A stretch of 53,688 nucleotides of DNA from Carpediemonas membranifera BICM (Eukaryota; Protista; Fornicata). A program made the translations under genes and the position numbers. Where the stretch lies: the NCBI GenBank assembly GCA_019828565.1, contig JAHDYR010000057.1:1-53688 (forward strand), in the 5' to 3' direction. Under the pieces are notes generated by a model. It saw nothing but the letters and a program-made list of their open reading frames with translations. It ran no database searches and was not told the DNA's origin. Positions 11,864-22,711 of this stretch are shown piece after piece. The stretch's first letter is position 1. Every line of letters begins with the position of its first letter.

Positions 11864-13636
11864 TTAACGGGCTTCCTTCCACGTGATGTCTGGGAGCGTG
11901 AAGATCGCTCTCGTGACATACATCCCGGTAAGATCGGCCATAACTTTGCCGTCGGTCGAGAGCAGGTAAAGCCCGTTGTCATTCGGGTCTTGGGACTCAT
12001 GCAGGTACTTGTCGTTCTTGTTCGAATGGGTCGTCTGGTAGCGTCTCTTACCTCCACTGAGACGGAAAAGGTGGTTGTGCTTGTAACCCTGCCCCGTGTT
12101 GCGGAAAATAGGGGAGGCCTCCGGGCCAGTGCCGGAAGATTTTTCTAACCAGCAAACCGTCTCTGAGATGTCCTCCCACTTGTCCGGCACAGTTGGTGTG
12201 TCCGTTCTCTCGGCCAGGGGGCTGAGGCAGGCCGACACGTCGTCTCGAATGGGTCGGTTGGGTGTCTGAAGAAGGCTCTGAATGTCTCGTCTCAGTCTTT
12301 CCTCCTCAGCAGTCGGTGCGGCATCAGTTGGCTCAGTCTTGACTCTGGACGGGTCAGCGAGCTCCTCGGCCATGAACGTGGGCATCGACAGGCCAGTGAC
12401 GAAGACCTTGTGGCCCTTCTTGTTCAGGAAGAAAGCGCTGTTATCATCGTCTGTCTGGAGCACACGAAGGACGGTGTCAGAGTCAGTAGTGTAGCTCTTA
12501 TGAGCCCGGCCCTTATCGTCATAAGTCACTGTGTAGAGTTTCTTGTTGTCGGCCTTGAAGTAGATAAACTCGTTTGAGTCGCCACTCAGGGCGGCGATAA
12601 CACAGTCACCCCAGGGCGAAAGGCTGTACTCCTCGAGGCGGTAAATGTTGTCCGACAGCTCGGGTATGGCCGTATAGAAGTCCTTAGTGGCGACGCTCTT
12701 CCAGGTGACCCTGGTGTTTCCCATATAGATGTCAATCAAGCCGTCCTCGTTCTTGATCGCCTTCAGGAAGGGGAAGAACCCGTTCGTATAGCGTTGCTGG
12801 TGGCTGGGGGGGTCAGTGTTCGGGTTCGTATAGTCGAAGTAAATCTCTTTCTTATACATGTCATAAAACAAGGGAAGACCGTTGCAAGTAACAATCGATT
12901 TGTGTCTCCAGTTTGACACGGCCGGTGGCGGCGGGAACTCGTTGGCCAGACGGACGAGCTCACCCATCTTCTCCATGAAGGCGGAATCGCGGGTTGGGGC
13001 GAGCTCGCCCAGCATGATCGTAGTCTTCGAGCTCTGATGCTTATTACAGCGATATTCGTACTTGATGCTGTATAGAACATCACCAATACGCTTGACAGCC
13101 GCGTTCGACTTGGCGACTTTGGTCACAGCACTACTGCACCAGTAATGATACGCCTCGAGAGCGCGGAGGCAGACATGGATGTCGGTGAGGGGCATATCGC
13201 TCTTCAGCGCACGGATTATGGCACCATCCAGGCCCTGGTCGCCGGTGCGGTTCTCGCGCTTGCTCTCGATACGAAGATTGGCATAGTCGTTCATTAGGTC
13301 AGAAAGTTGCTGCTTCAGGTCGTTGGTCGGTTTGGGGAGTCCTATACCAAGGGTTTTGGATCGAAAGATCGTCTCCATAACCTTGAAAGAGAAAATATGA
13401 CCAGCTTCGAGCTGCTTCCCTTGTATTTCAGTCCCATGCAGCTTATGAACGCCATGTGTCCTGAGGTTGTCCCTATTGACCAGTTTCCAAAGCAGTTCGC
13501 CACCCTCATCAGGAATGGGCTCGAGTTTGCAGTAAGGAACGGATGAAACAGTAGGCTCTGCGACTTCACCAGCTCCCTGTTCCCCTTCTTCCTGTTTGAT
13601 TCGATGTTCAGCGTCGGAATCGTTAGTAATGGTCAT
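11864..13636 (-). CDS. Hypothetical protein
   Basis: 590-aa ATG-initiated ORF filling the space between neighbours; no motif recognised. Confidence 0.7.
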   Translation of the reverse strand: MTITNDSDAEHRIKQEEGEQGAGEVAEPTVSSVPYCKLEPIPDEGGELLWKLVNRDNLRTHGVHKLHGTEIQGKQLEAGHIFSFKVMETIFRSKTLGIGLPKPTNDLKQQLSDLMNDYANLRIESKRENRTGDQGLDGAIIRALKSDMPLTDIHVCLRALEAYHYWCSSAVTKVAKSNAAVKRIGDVLYSIKYEYRCNKHQSSKTTIMLGELAPTRDSAFMEKMGELVRLANEFPPPPAVSNWRHKSIVTCNGLPLFYDMYKKEIYFDYTNPNTDPPSHQQRYTNGFFPFLKAIKNEDGLIDIYMGNTRVTWKSVATKDFYTAIPELSDNIYRLEEYSLSPWGDCVIAALSGDSNEFIYFKADNKKLYTVTYDDKGRAHKSYTTDSDTVLRVLQTDDDNSAFFLNKKGHKVFVTGLSMPTFMAEELADPSRVKTEPTDAAPTAEEERLRRDIQSLLQTPNRPIRDDVSACLSPLAERTDTPTVPDKWEDISETVCWLEKSSGTGPEASPIFRNTGQGYKHNHLFRLSGGKRRYQTTHSNKNDKYLHESQDPNDNGLYLLSTDGKVMADLTGMYVTRAIFTLPDITWKEAR

Positions 13637-13769
13637 GCCGTGTATCTTGCGCCAAAAGAAAAAAAAAGAGATTCACTCTGGCAAATCTGAGATTGAATAT
13701 GAATTGACGAATCTCGCCTGTGCCCTGAACCGGGAAATTTATAAACACGGGCAGGGTTAGACTGCGCGC

Positions 13770-15821
13770 CTATGCGAAATTGGAGAGGAGGCTGACCGCG
13801 CCGAGGGGCACGGTGATGACTACCAGCACAACGGCAGCCCACGCACTCTTGTCGGTGAGCTGGCTCTTCCAGGTGCTCCGCTCCGCAGTTTTCGACTGGA
13901 ATGAGGTCCTGAACCTGAGGTAGAAGAGGGCGGGGCACGCGAAGTAGATGAGCACGCCGCCGATGCTGAAGAGGATGTTGAATACGAGCGACACAGATGG
14001 GATGAGTGTCGCGACGATGAGGATGCACAGCAGCAGGACGGCCGCGCTGACAACGTGGGAGGGCCAGCCAAAGGTGTAGGGCCGACGTCTAAAGACAGAC
14101 CAGGCGGCGTTGAGGATGGACTGGCGCGTGGCGAAGTGGACGAGGGGCATGCTGAACGTGATTACAGTGCTCATGGCGGCGAGGGCCATGTCCCTAGCGA
14201 TGTTTGTGCCCGTGTAGCTCATGAGGATGTTGTCCTTGGTGTCCTCGTCACCGAACTCTAGATACCCGCTCACACCCACGATGGTGTAGACAATGAGGCA
14301 GATCGTCAGACCGAGAGAGAGGGACGCCCAGATGCGGCGCCAGTCCTTATCGCTCCCGGACTTGACGACCTTACCCTGCTTCATCAGGGCCCGCTTCTCA
14401 CGACGGGACAGCGACCCGGCCCGACTGCGGCCCAGGGGCGACATGTTGCCGAGAGCAGACCCGTCGACGGCGAAGGGCTCGGTGGGGGTGTGGGTGCCGG
14501 AGCCGTGGGGGGAGGCCTCGCCCTCCTCGACGTGACTGTCCTTGACCTCGGGGTAGTCAGCGTTGGTGCGGCGGACGGTGGTGTGGCCGATAAACTGGAG
14601 GGTGGCGATGGTGGCGCCGGGGGACTCGGATTCAGGTGCGGGGGTCTCTGGGGGCGAGAGGAGGGAGAGCTCCTTCTTCTTGAGCTCCTGGTAGATCGAG
14701 GGCAGGGTAAAGTGCGCGGCGAAGGCTGTGGAGTACAGGGAGATCGCCATGAACGCAGAGAGGTCGAACTTGAACCAGGTGACGCTGTTGGTGAGGATGG
14801 CAGCGCTGCCTTGGCTCAGAGAGTAGAGGCACGAGAGGAAGACAAAGACCGTCGTGAAGAGCACGCACGCCACAGAGATGCCGGAGGTGAATGACAGCAG
14901 CCGGAGGCTCTTGAGACAGCAGAGGGGGAAGATGATGAAGGTCATGACGATGATCCGGATGACGAGGGGCGAGTGGAGGAAGGGGATGAAGGGGAGATAC
15001 GACTTGGCAAGACTCGAGACGTAGTCGCCGATGATGATGGTGTAGGCGATCAGCACACCCGTGGTCAAAAGGGCGATGAGCAGCTCGATGACGGGGCCAG
15101 CCCAGCCACCAAAGCACTTGACAGCCAGGGCGCGGTAGGAATAGACGCGGGGGGACAGACGGTGGCATGCACGGACGAGAACGCGCATGGAGAACATCAT
15201 GACGAGGAAGGAGACGATGATGAGGATGCCTCCAAACACAAGGCCGGCCGACTTGAAGGCGAAGGGCAGCGTCACCGTGCCCGCGCCAAGGATGGTGTTG
15301 GCGATGTTGAAGATGGAGGCAAAGATGCCTGCCTCGCCTGCATCAGAAGGATCAACCACGGGAGCACCGGCGAGGGTTTCGTGGAGCTTGCCAGCAACGA
15401 GCTCGGCATGGTCGGCAAACGTCTGCTTGCCGTCCTGTGCGTCTTCGGGGCTGCTCTCGGGATGATCAGAAGGGGGAGTGATGGCGTCCGGCGTCTTGTC
15501 GGCATCTGTTGCCGTGGCATCCGAATTGGGGCCCTCAGCGATGGCCACGGGGACGATGGATTCGTTCGCCAGCTCCTCAAAGTCTTCAGTAATCTTTTCA
15601 TTATCAACAGGAGCATCATCGGAGCGTTCTCCGAGAATCTCATCGTCAGCGGAGACGACAGCTTCTTGCGAAATCAGCTCCTCATCGGAGTGAACCTCGA
15701 GAATAGAATCATTTGGGTTCACAACACTGGCATTAAGCTCATCCACAACAACAGCGGATGTATCGTTTTCAGCCATGAACTTGATCGGCGTTCGCTCGAT
15801 CTCGGGGGAAATCGAGGTCAT
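13770..15821 (-). CDS. Amino acid transporter (AAAP/SLC38 family)
   Basis: ASIFNIANTILGAGTVTLPFAFK, PLCCLKSLRLLSFTS, AFAAHF, GYLEFG; ~11 TM helices after a long acidic N-terminus. Confidence 0.93.
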   Translation of the reverse strand: MTSISPEIERTPIKFMAENDTSAVVVDELNASVVNPNDSILEVHSDEELISQEAVVSADDEILGERSDDAPVDNEKITEDFEELANESIVPVAIAEGPNSDATATDADKTPDAITPPSDHPESSPEDAQDGKQTFADHAELVAGKLHETLAGAPVVDPSDAGEAGIFASIFNIANTILGAGTVTLPFAFKSAGLVFGGILIIVSFLVMMFSMRVLVRACHRLSPRVYSYRALAVKCFGGWAGPVIELLIALLTTGVLIAYTIIIGDYVSSLAKSYLPFIPFLHSPLVIRIIVMTFIIFPLCCLKSLRLLSFTSGISVACVLFTTVFVFLSCLYSLSQGSAAILTNSVTWFKFDLSAFMAISLYSTAFAAHFTLPSIYQELKKKELSLLSPPETPAPESESPGATIATLQFIGHTTVRRTNADYPEVKDSHVEEGEASPHGSGTHTPTEPFAVDGSALGNMSPLGRSRAGSLSRREKRALMKQGKVVKSGSDKDWRRIWASLSLGLTICLIVYTIVGVSGYLEFGDEDTKDNILMSYTGTNIARDMALAAMSTVITFSMPLVHFATRQSILNAAWSVFRRRPYTFGWPSHVVSAAVLLLCILIVATLIPSVSLVFNILFSIGGVLIYFACPALFYLRFRTSFQSKTAERSTWKSQLTDKSAWAAVVLVVITVPLGAVSLLSNFA

Positions 15822-16401
15822 GGCGGGTCAACGATCGTAGAAATAACAAAAGCGGGGCCAATCGGGCTGTAATTCCTGATCGTAATGCTCCATGAAGGCC
15901 CCAGACCCGGGACCTACCAAGCCAAAAGCATATTCATAAAATGGTGATTGCGGGAAATCGAATAGATTCGATCCTTAGTAACTCGTAATCTGATCCGACA
16001 AATGGGCCAAGGTCGACTATCTGGCTGACTGCCGTGCCCAGTGCTGAAATTCCGGTGATATTTGCCTCAATGCGCGACATACAGTCCGATTATGATTCAA
16101 TCGGCCTGATTGGTCGAAGATCTACAGATTCTTACAAGAGATGTGATCTCAAAATGATACAGTCACATACTCCGATCACCTACGGCCTTCATTCGAGGAT
16201 ATCGGGTCAACCCACCAGACGGCGACCCGACGGCAGCTGTTGACCATTGTTGAACCGGTGTTGTGAGAACAGCGGACTGGAACAAGGGAACAAAGATGCT
16301 GGACGCGGTGTCGAGGTCAGTCTCTGCAGGATGTCACAGCCCCGGCAGGTCAGCTTCGACCGTTGATGCAAGAAAAAATTCTTGTGTTCTCAACGCGCAA
16401 A

Positions 16402-19400
16402 ATGCCGTTTTCTACCCGCTTAGTGGTAGTTCTGCTGTGCATTAGCGCATGCTTCGCCTACCAGATGCTTAGGCCCTTCGAAACGCTCGGCAATAGCGGT
16501 GAAATATCCTCTGTTGCTGTTTCATCTGACAATCTCTTCGTAGGCATGCCCGACGCCAACTCTGTGCTCGTCTACGCATTCTCTGCGAACTACAAGTGGT
16601 ACCATCTCGAAACTCTGACCGGTACCGGCTCTTTCGGCACCTCCGTCGCTTACACTGACGGCGTTCTTCTCGTCGGCAACCCATCTCTCGGGTCCTACGG
16701 TGGTTTCCACGTCTACACCGTGGATTCCAACGTTGTGACATTCGTAGCGGATATTACCGACGGGATGACGAACACCAAGTCCGGTGACACGATCGCTGTG
16801 GCCCTTGTTGACACGACCCTCTACGCACTCATCGGATGCGACGTGATCGACACCGGCACATCCTCAGCCCTTGTCCTGCACACCGCATCGACGACCGACC
16901 TCACCAGCTGGTCATTCGGCGCCACACTGACTGTGGCAGGGTCGTCTCTCCTCGGTAAGGAACTCAGCTTCGGGTCGGGTGGTTCACACGTCGCAGTGGT
17001 ATCGGGTGTCATCGATGGAAAAGAGGCGGCCTTCACTGTGGACGTCACCACGCTTGATGCGGACGCCGGGACCGTGCAGATCTTTGACGTCGTCTCACAA
17101 ACCACCAGTAATCTCGCCGCGGCTGTGATGAATGGCACGAAGATCTTCACAGTGGACTCTACCCAGCCCTACTACGGCGACTACACGTCCGGGGCCCCCA
17201 CCATGGCGACCACGACGTTTGGCGACACCCCCGCCACCCTCGGCATCGCCACCGACGGTCCGTGGGTCGGCTACGCGGTCAGTGCAGTCTCCTCGCCGGC
17301 CAACGTGTACTACGACGTCGCCGTTGTCCTCTCGTACTACGACAGCGATGAGGGCAGCATCACGAGCACGCTGACGACGCCCCTCGCCCCCGATGTCACG
17401 GAGGACGACCTCACCGTCGGTGTGATGGGCCTGTGGATGGCAGACGGCCACGCCGTGCTGCTGGACGGCACATCCACGCGTCTGTTCACATACAAGCTCT
17501 CCCCTTGCCTGCCCGGGTTCGAGATGGACAGTGACCAGTGCGTGCCGTGCCGCGCAGGGTACTACAGCGCCTCTACTGACATGCACCACTGCCTCAGATG
17601 CCCGCCGGGCACGTACCAGCCCAGCACTGGTCAGAACGAGTGCCTCGCAGTCACCGCGGGCTACACCCTCGGGGCCGCCACCACGACGACCGCATGCCCC
17701 GCGGGCTACACCTCCTACGCTACACTCTACCCGACGGACTACTCCACGGCGTCCCAGCAGGCCATCCCCACCACCGAGCTGGTCGGGTCGTACGGCGCCC
17801 AGTCCCCCTCCCTCGTCAAGGCCGGAGACTTCATCGTCCTGGGAAGCTACGTCGACGGCTCCTCTCTCGGCGCGGTGCTGTACTTCAACCCGCAGACGGT
17901 GGCGACGGACTCCTACACGTTGCTGCGGACCAGCACTGACGGCGACGGGTACGGCATGAACATCGCCGCCACAGACGACTACCTCGTCGTCGGGGCGTAT
18001 AAGACAAGTGCGACTGTGGATGACGAGGGTGCAGTTTATGTTTATGAGATTGGGAGCTCATCAATTGATTACTATGCCATCATTAGTAACCACGCGCCCG
18101 CCTTTGAGAGTCACTTCGGCGTCTGTGTGGCGGTGAGCGGCACGACTATTGCTGTCGGCGCACAGTTGGACACATCCATCTACTTCTACGAGCTCGTCGA
18201 CGGCACATTTACTCTCGACAACGGCCTGACCAAGACCGGCGTGACCATCGACGAGTTCTCCTCCATGGTGATGAACGACGACTTCCTGGTCTACAACGAC
18301 GGCTCCTCGCTCTCCTCCAGCACCGTCACCGTCTACTCCGCCTCGTACTCCTCAGCCCTCTCTCATCAATATTCCCGCAGGTTAAGGTCCGCACTTTACG
18401 GCAGCACCCTGGTCATGGGGTCCGCCGCCGCCACCGACCCGGTATCGTCCATTGTTGGGACGGGTGAGGTGCATGTTTATGACTTGTTCGACGCCCCCAC
18501 GACGTCCAAACTCGCCCAGATCCTTCGACTCGAGGGTGCGACTGAGGACACGATGCTCGGGTTCAGCGTGGCCTATGACGGGACCCGCATCATCGCCGGC
18601 ACACCATCTTTGAATGTGGACTACAACTACTACGGCGGCTACACCACGTGGACCCAGGACAACGGCGGCACATGGACCCTAGAAAGTCAGAGGGTGGCCA
18701 CCGGACCGACCCTGTTCATCGGCAACGGCGTCGCGGAGCTCGACTCCTTCATTGTCACGTTTGGATTCGATGATACGGACACGTCCCAGGTGATCCTCGA
18801 CATCACCAGGGTCGGTGTGAACCCGCAGACATGCATCGCCACTGCTGTATCCCAGCGCTGTCAGGCCGGGCAGGAGTGGGACTCCGACGCTGGGGCATGT
18901 GTTGCGTGCGGTCAGGGCACGCTGTCGTCGACATACGGCAGCATGTGCCACGCCCCCGCCCCTGGTTACATCCCCGCCGCCTCCACTGGGGCAACGGCTG
19001 AGGCCCCCTGCCCCACCGGCCAACACCCCGACATTCTTGGGACCGTGTGCGAAGTGACCGGGACGGGGTCCATGTCGTACTGGGACTCGACGTACCGGGC
19101 CTGTAATGGCGCGGGAGAGTACCAGGACGAGGCGGGGCAGACTGTGTGCAAGGTGAACGACCTGGGCTATGAACCCTCGGACACCAGGACCAGCCAGGTC
19201 ATGTGCAGCAGCGGGTACTACCAGAACGAGACGCGTCAGGACTCATGCAAGACCGCTGATAAGGGGTTCCACGTCGACGGCAGCGGCGACCATTCCAGCC
19301 AGACGGCATGCGACGGGACGGGCGAGTACCAGGACGAAACTGCACAGAGCAGCTGTAAGACCGCGGAGAAGGGGTACGCCGCAGCTGCCGACCGGCTATC

Positions 19401-21081
19401 AGTGGTGGAGTGCAACAGCGGCCAGTACCAGGACACCGCGGCCCAGGACTCGTGCAAGGACTGCGGCATGGACGAGTTCTCGGGCGCCACAGGAGCCCAG
19501 ACCAGCTGCGGCAGCTGCCCCAGCGGGTTCGACCAGTTTTTGTCTAAGACGGCTTGTGCGGCCACCCAGCTTGCGGTGTCCGTGGGTCTCAACGAGAGCT
19601 CGACGTCCACTGCCCCCGTCTTCGAGGTCTACCCTGCAGACACGCCGTACACCCTGGCCAAGGGCAGCACGTGGGACTCGACCAGCTGTGTCATTGAAAC
19701 AGTCGACTCAGCCCAAGTCATTCGGTGCTCCCAGGAGACGTCCGCGGCGACCCTGGCCTACAGCCTGACCATTGACGGGACCAAGGCCGACTACTCGTCT
19801 GACGTGACCATGGTGACTCTGGCAGAGTCGGAGTATTTTATCACAGCGCTCACCCTCGCCTCCCCCGGCACGACCGAGATCACTCCTGACTTTGACAACT
19901 CCGACATCACTGGCGGCACGATCACCCTCTCTGTCGATGACTCGGTCCCCGACTGGGTCGGTGTGTCAGCGGCCGGCACGTCTCTGAAGCTGACGCCCAG
20001 CGCCGCCACTGCCAGTGGGACGTACACCGTGACGATCACGGCGAAGAACGGCCTCGACGCGGTCGACACGGCCACGATGACGCTCACCTACCTCGCCGTC
20101 AACACGTCCAGCATTGTGCCGAAGACCTCGGACAAACCGACGGGCGTCATCAACGTCAACGGCACTGAGACCAACGGCGTCGCGGGCGTGTCCTGCGACA
20201 TCCCAACAAGCTACTTCTCCAAGGTCGACTCAAACAGAGCTTTCGTCGTGCCAGTGGCCAACGCCGACGGCACCCTCCCCGCCGGGTCCTACACCATGAC
20301 TGTCACCATGAGCGACGGCTCCACGGCTGAGGTATACCTCACCATTGACTCGGAGTCAGTCGACCCCAACCCAGCCGGCACAGTGACAATCTCAGAATCT
20401 AGCATAGATGTCACGACGCCAACACAGCTCGGGTTCTGCGCCGCCCTCATCGACGCGGGCACGATCGGCGGCATCTCGACCTCTGACATTGCGGTTGACC
20501 CCACTCAGACCACCGCCAGCTGCGTGGGGGCCAGCACCGTGACATCTGCTGCCCTCAGCGGCCTGCCATTCGGTGTTGTGCTCGACCCCGAGGTGTCCTC
20601 CACCGTGACGACGGAAGCCATGCCCAGCCTGGTCATCGTTGAGGTTCCCGACTCGGCCAGTGGAGTCAAGACTCAGTTCGAGTCGGTCGGCACGCGGTAC
20701 ACCATGACGGTCGGCAACTACACTGGCACTGCTTCTGCCAACGAGGGCCGGCTTGTTCTCGGCATTGATGGCCAATCAATTGATGTGAACATCACCGGTA
20801 TTGTCGACGTGACGCTTGCCTACGATGGCGTGGCGGTGTACTCCGACTATTTCACCATCGTAGCCCCTGGCCCGACCGACAACCCCACGGACGACGACGA
20901 CGATGAGTTCAGCAGCACGACCATCATCCTCCTCGCTGCCCTTGGCCTCTTCGCCTTCATCGCGACTGTCGCCATCGTGGCCTTTAGCTTCATTACCGTG
21001 GCTGCGACGTCTCAGACGATCAAACTGCTCCGTGCCCGCGCTCATGAGAAGGCCAAGGCCACGTCATACCCAGCCGTGTAA
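16402..21081 (+). CDS. Type I surface protein with FG-GAP-like beta-propeller repeats and Cys-rich GCC2/GCC3 (ephrin-receptor-like) repeats
   Basis: Signal peptide MPFSTRLVVVLLCISACFA; FGTSVA/FGVCVAVSG/LGFSVA repeats; CxxCxxGxYQ repeats; C-terminal TM helix and short tail. Confidence 0.85.
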   Translation: MPFSTRLVVVLLCISACFAYQMLRPFETLGNSGEISSVAVSSDNLFVGMPDANSVLVYAFSANYKWYHLETLTGTGSFGTSVAYTDGVLLVGNPSLGSYGGFHVYTVDSNVVTFVADITDGMTNTKSGDTIAVALVDTTLYALIGCDVIDTGTSSALVLHTASTTDLTSWSFGATLTVAGSSLLGKELSFGSGGSHVAVVSGVIDGKEAAFTVDVTTLDADAGTVQIFDVVSQTTSNLAAAVMNGTKIFTVDSTQPYYGDYTSGAPTMATTTFGDTPATLGIATDGPWVGYAVSAVSSPANVYYDVAVVLSYYDSDEGSITSTLTTPLAPDVTEDDLTVGVMGLWMADGHAVLLDGTSTRLFTYKLSPCLPGFEMDSDQCVPCRAGYYSASTDMHHCLRCPPGTYQPSTGQNECLAVTAGYTLGAATTTTACPAGYTSYATLYPTDYSTASQQAIPTTELVGSYGAQSPSLVKAGDFIVLGSYVDGSSLGAVLYFNPQTVATDSYTLLRTSTDGDGYGMNIAATDDYLVVGAYKTSATVDDEGAVYVYEIGSSSIDYYAIISNHAPAFESHFGVCVAVSGTTIAVGAQLDTSIYFYELVDGTFTLDNGLTKTGVTIDEFSSMVMNDDFLVYNDGSSLSSSTVTVYSASYSSALSHQYSRRLRSALYGSTLVMGSAAATDPVSSIVGTGEVHVYDLFDAPTTSKLAQILRLEGATEDTMLGFSVAYDGTRIIAGTPSLNVDYNYYGGYTTWTQDNGGTWTLESQRVATGPTLFIGNGVAELDSFIVTFGFDDTDTSQVILDITRVGVNPQTCIATAVSQRCQAGQEWDSDAGACVACGQGTLSSTYGSMCHAPAPGYIPAASTGATAEAPCPTGQHPDILGTVCEVTGTGSMSYWDSTYRACNGAGEYQDEAGQTVCKVNDLGYEPSDTRTSQVMCSSGYYQNETRQDSCKTADKGFHVDGSGDHSSQTACDGTGEYQDETAQSSCKTAEKGYAAAADRLSVVECNSGQYQDTAAQDSCKDCGMDEFSGATGAQTSCGSCPSGFDQFLSKTACAATQLAVSVGLNESSTSTAPVFEVYPADTPYTLAKGSTWDSTSCVIETVDSAQVIRCSQETSAATLAYSLTIDGTKADYSSDVTMVTLAESEYFITALTLASPGTTEITPDFDNSDITGGTITLSVDDSVPDWVGVSAAGTSLKLTPSAATASGTYTVTITAKNGLDAVDTATMTLTYLAVNTSSIVPKTSDKPTGVINVNGTETNGVAGVSCDIPTSYFSKVDSNRAFVVPVANADGTLPAGSYTMTVTMSDGSTAEVYLTIDSESVDPNPAGTVTISESSIDVTTPTQLGFCAALIDAGTIGGISTSDIAVDPTQTTASCVGASTVTSAALSGLPFGVVLDPEVSSTVTTEAMPSLVIVEVPDSASGVKTQFESVGTRYTMTVGNYTGTASANEGRLVLGIDGQSIDVNITGIVDVTLAYDGVAVYSDYFTIVAPGPTDNPTDDDDDEFSSTTIILLAALGLFAFIATVAIVAFSFITVAATSQTIKLLRARAHEKAKATSYPAV

Positions 21082-21145
21082 GAATTGTAATTGTAAAATA
21101 ACAGCGTTTATATCAAGGTGTCAGGCCTCTATGAGTCAGGCTCAT

Positions 21146-21676
21146 CTAAAGTGCCTCGCCGATCAGCCTAGCAGCCTCGTGTGGAGTGTGGTGCTCTGTA
21201 TCGATGGTCACCGCGGCCTTTGCGAGCTTAGGGAAGTCGAAACCGCCCTGCTGTTTGATCGCGGTAAAGGCCGATGCGTCAGTCAACTTGCCGAACTTCT
21301 GGCGGCTCTCGTTGCCGATCCGCTCTCGAATGACGTCGTCCGAGCACTTGAGCTCCACTATTGTGACCACGCCGCCGTTGGAGCTGTAGGTCTCGAGGAG
21401 GTCCTGGATGAGGGATGGCTCCACTGTCGCCTCTGGATTGAATGTGAAAATGAGAGACTTATGTGCCTTTGCTGCTTCTTCTATGCAAACGCGCCACGCC
21501 GTAGCTCTTATGGCGTTGAATCCATCCTCTCCGAAGTTGAACAGAGACATGGCAACATCGACAACAAGGTGGTTGTGGAAGAGTGGAATTCCGGTTTCCT
21601 CGCTGAGAATCTTACCGATGGTGTACTTCCCGGCCGCAGCGGGGCCGTGAATAAAGATCAGGTTCATTGGCTTCAT
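21146..21676 (-). CDS. Small P-loop kinase/AAA_33-like protein, bacterial type
   Basis: LIFIHGPAAAGKYTIGK Walker-A-like motif, LFHNHL motif, 176 aa, intronless. Confidence 0.85.
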   Translation of the reverse strand: MKPMNLIFIHGPAAAGKYTIGKILSEETGIPLFHNHLVVDVAMSLFNFGEDGFNAIRATAWRVCIEEAAKAHKSLIFTFNPEATVEPSLIQDLLETYSSNGGVVTIVELKCSDDVIRERIGNESRQKFGKLTDASAFTAIKQQGGFDFPKLAKAAVTIDTEHHTPHEAARLIGEAL

Positions 21677-21752
21677 TGCGTTGCGCCGGAAACTGCTCGA
21701 GGCAAGGTGGGGATCGCCTAAACACGAACGCCACTATGTTTACACGCGCCCC

Positions 21753-22631
21753 TCACTGCCCCCGGGCCCACGTCTCGGACATGATGCTGAACATATCCCG
21801 CCTGGTGTACGCCGCCTGTCGTCCCAGCTCGGTGAAGGCGTGGTTGAACACGAGGCAGTTGGCGAATATCACAGTGAGGTCCCGCATCATCTCCAGTGTC
21901 GCGCCATCTGCCATGCCGATGCTCTTCTGGACGTCACCATAGCAGGTGGGCCGGAGGACGAAGTTGTCGTAAACGGGATACTGGGCCGTGTCGACCGGGG
22001 CGATGAAGAGGCTGTTGTACTTACCGCCCATCAGTGCGGTCAGTATCGCCTGCTTATCCGCATTAAGCTGCTCACCACTGGCCGCCAGATCGTACTGCTC
22101 GCCCTGCTCCATCAGCGACCGGAACTGGGCAAGAGAGAGGTGGTACGGCCACCGGGCACTGTTATCCGCCCTAAAGTACTCGGGGACGTCCAGGGTGGCC
22201 CAGTACTCGTCCGTCATCGGATCCGCGGTGGAGGCGGGGGCGCGGGGCCGTACGGGCGGCTTGGCCGAGTCTGACTTGATCAGAGGGAGTAGGGCTCGCT
22301 CTATTTCCTCGAGCTCTGTCTGGCGGGCCTCAGCACGCTCGTTCCAGGCGAGTTGAAGCGTGTCTTCGTCGACTCCGTTGGACAGCTTCTCTGGAGAAAG
22401 CTCTAGAAGGTCCGCCACAAGGTTCTTGGCAGTATCCGGCGTAATGTACTCTCTAGTCTCATCGTCGTCGAACAAAGCCCTGAAATTGACCGAAATGAGC
22501 TTCCACATGCGGATTGAGGGAACCACAGCCTTGAAATGGCCCACTAGAGCAAGCAACACTAACGATCTCTGATCATTCATTGTGTATGTGACCGCATCGT
22601 CGCTAGATTCCATGTCCACATCGCTACTCAT
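21753..22631 (-). CDS. Bromodomain-containing protein
   Basis: C-terminal LFIAPVD…YPVY…V.RP…DLTVIFANCLVFN bromodomain pattern with the conserved Asn; start taken at ATG 22631. Confidence 0.8.
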   Translation of the reverse strand: MSSDVDMESSDDAVTYTMNDQRSLVLLALVGHFKAVVPSIRMWKLISVNFRALFDDDETREYITPDTAKNLVADLLELSPEKLSNGVDEDTLQLAWNERAEARQTELEEIERALLPLIKSDSAKPPVRPRAPASTADPMTDEYWATLDVPEYFRADNSARWPYHLSLAQFRSLMEQGEQYDLAASGEQLNADKQAILTALMGGKYNSLFIAPVDTAQYPVYDNFVLRPTCYGDVQKSIGMADGATLEMMRDLTVIFANCLVFNHAFTELGRQAAYTRRDMFSIMSETWARGQ

Positions 22632-22711
22632 TGATGCGAATGGCGTGCCCAACTCGAAACGTTATCCTGACGTAAATCACGTAAATAGCTCTCACCAAAC
22701 ACCGCCAATGT

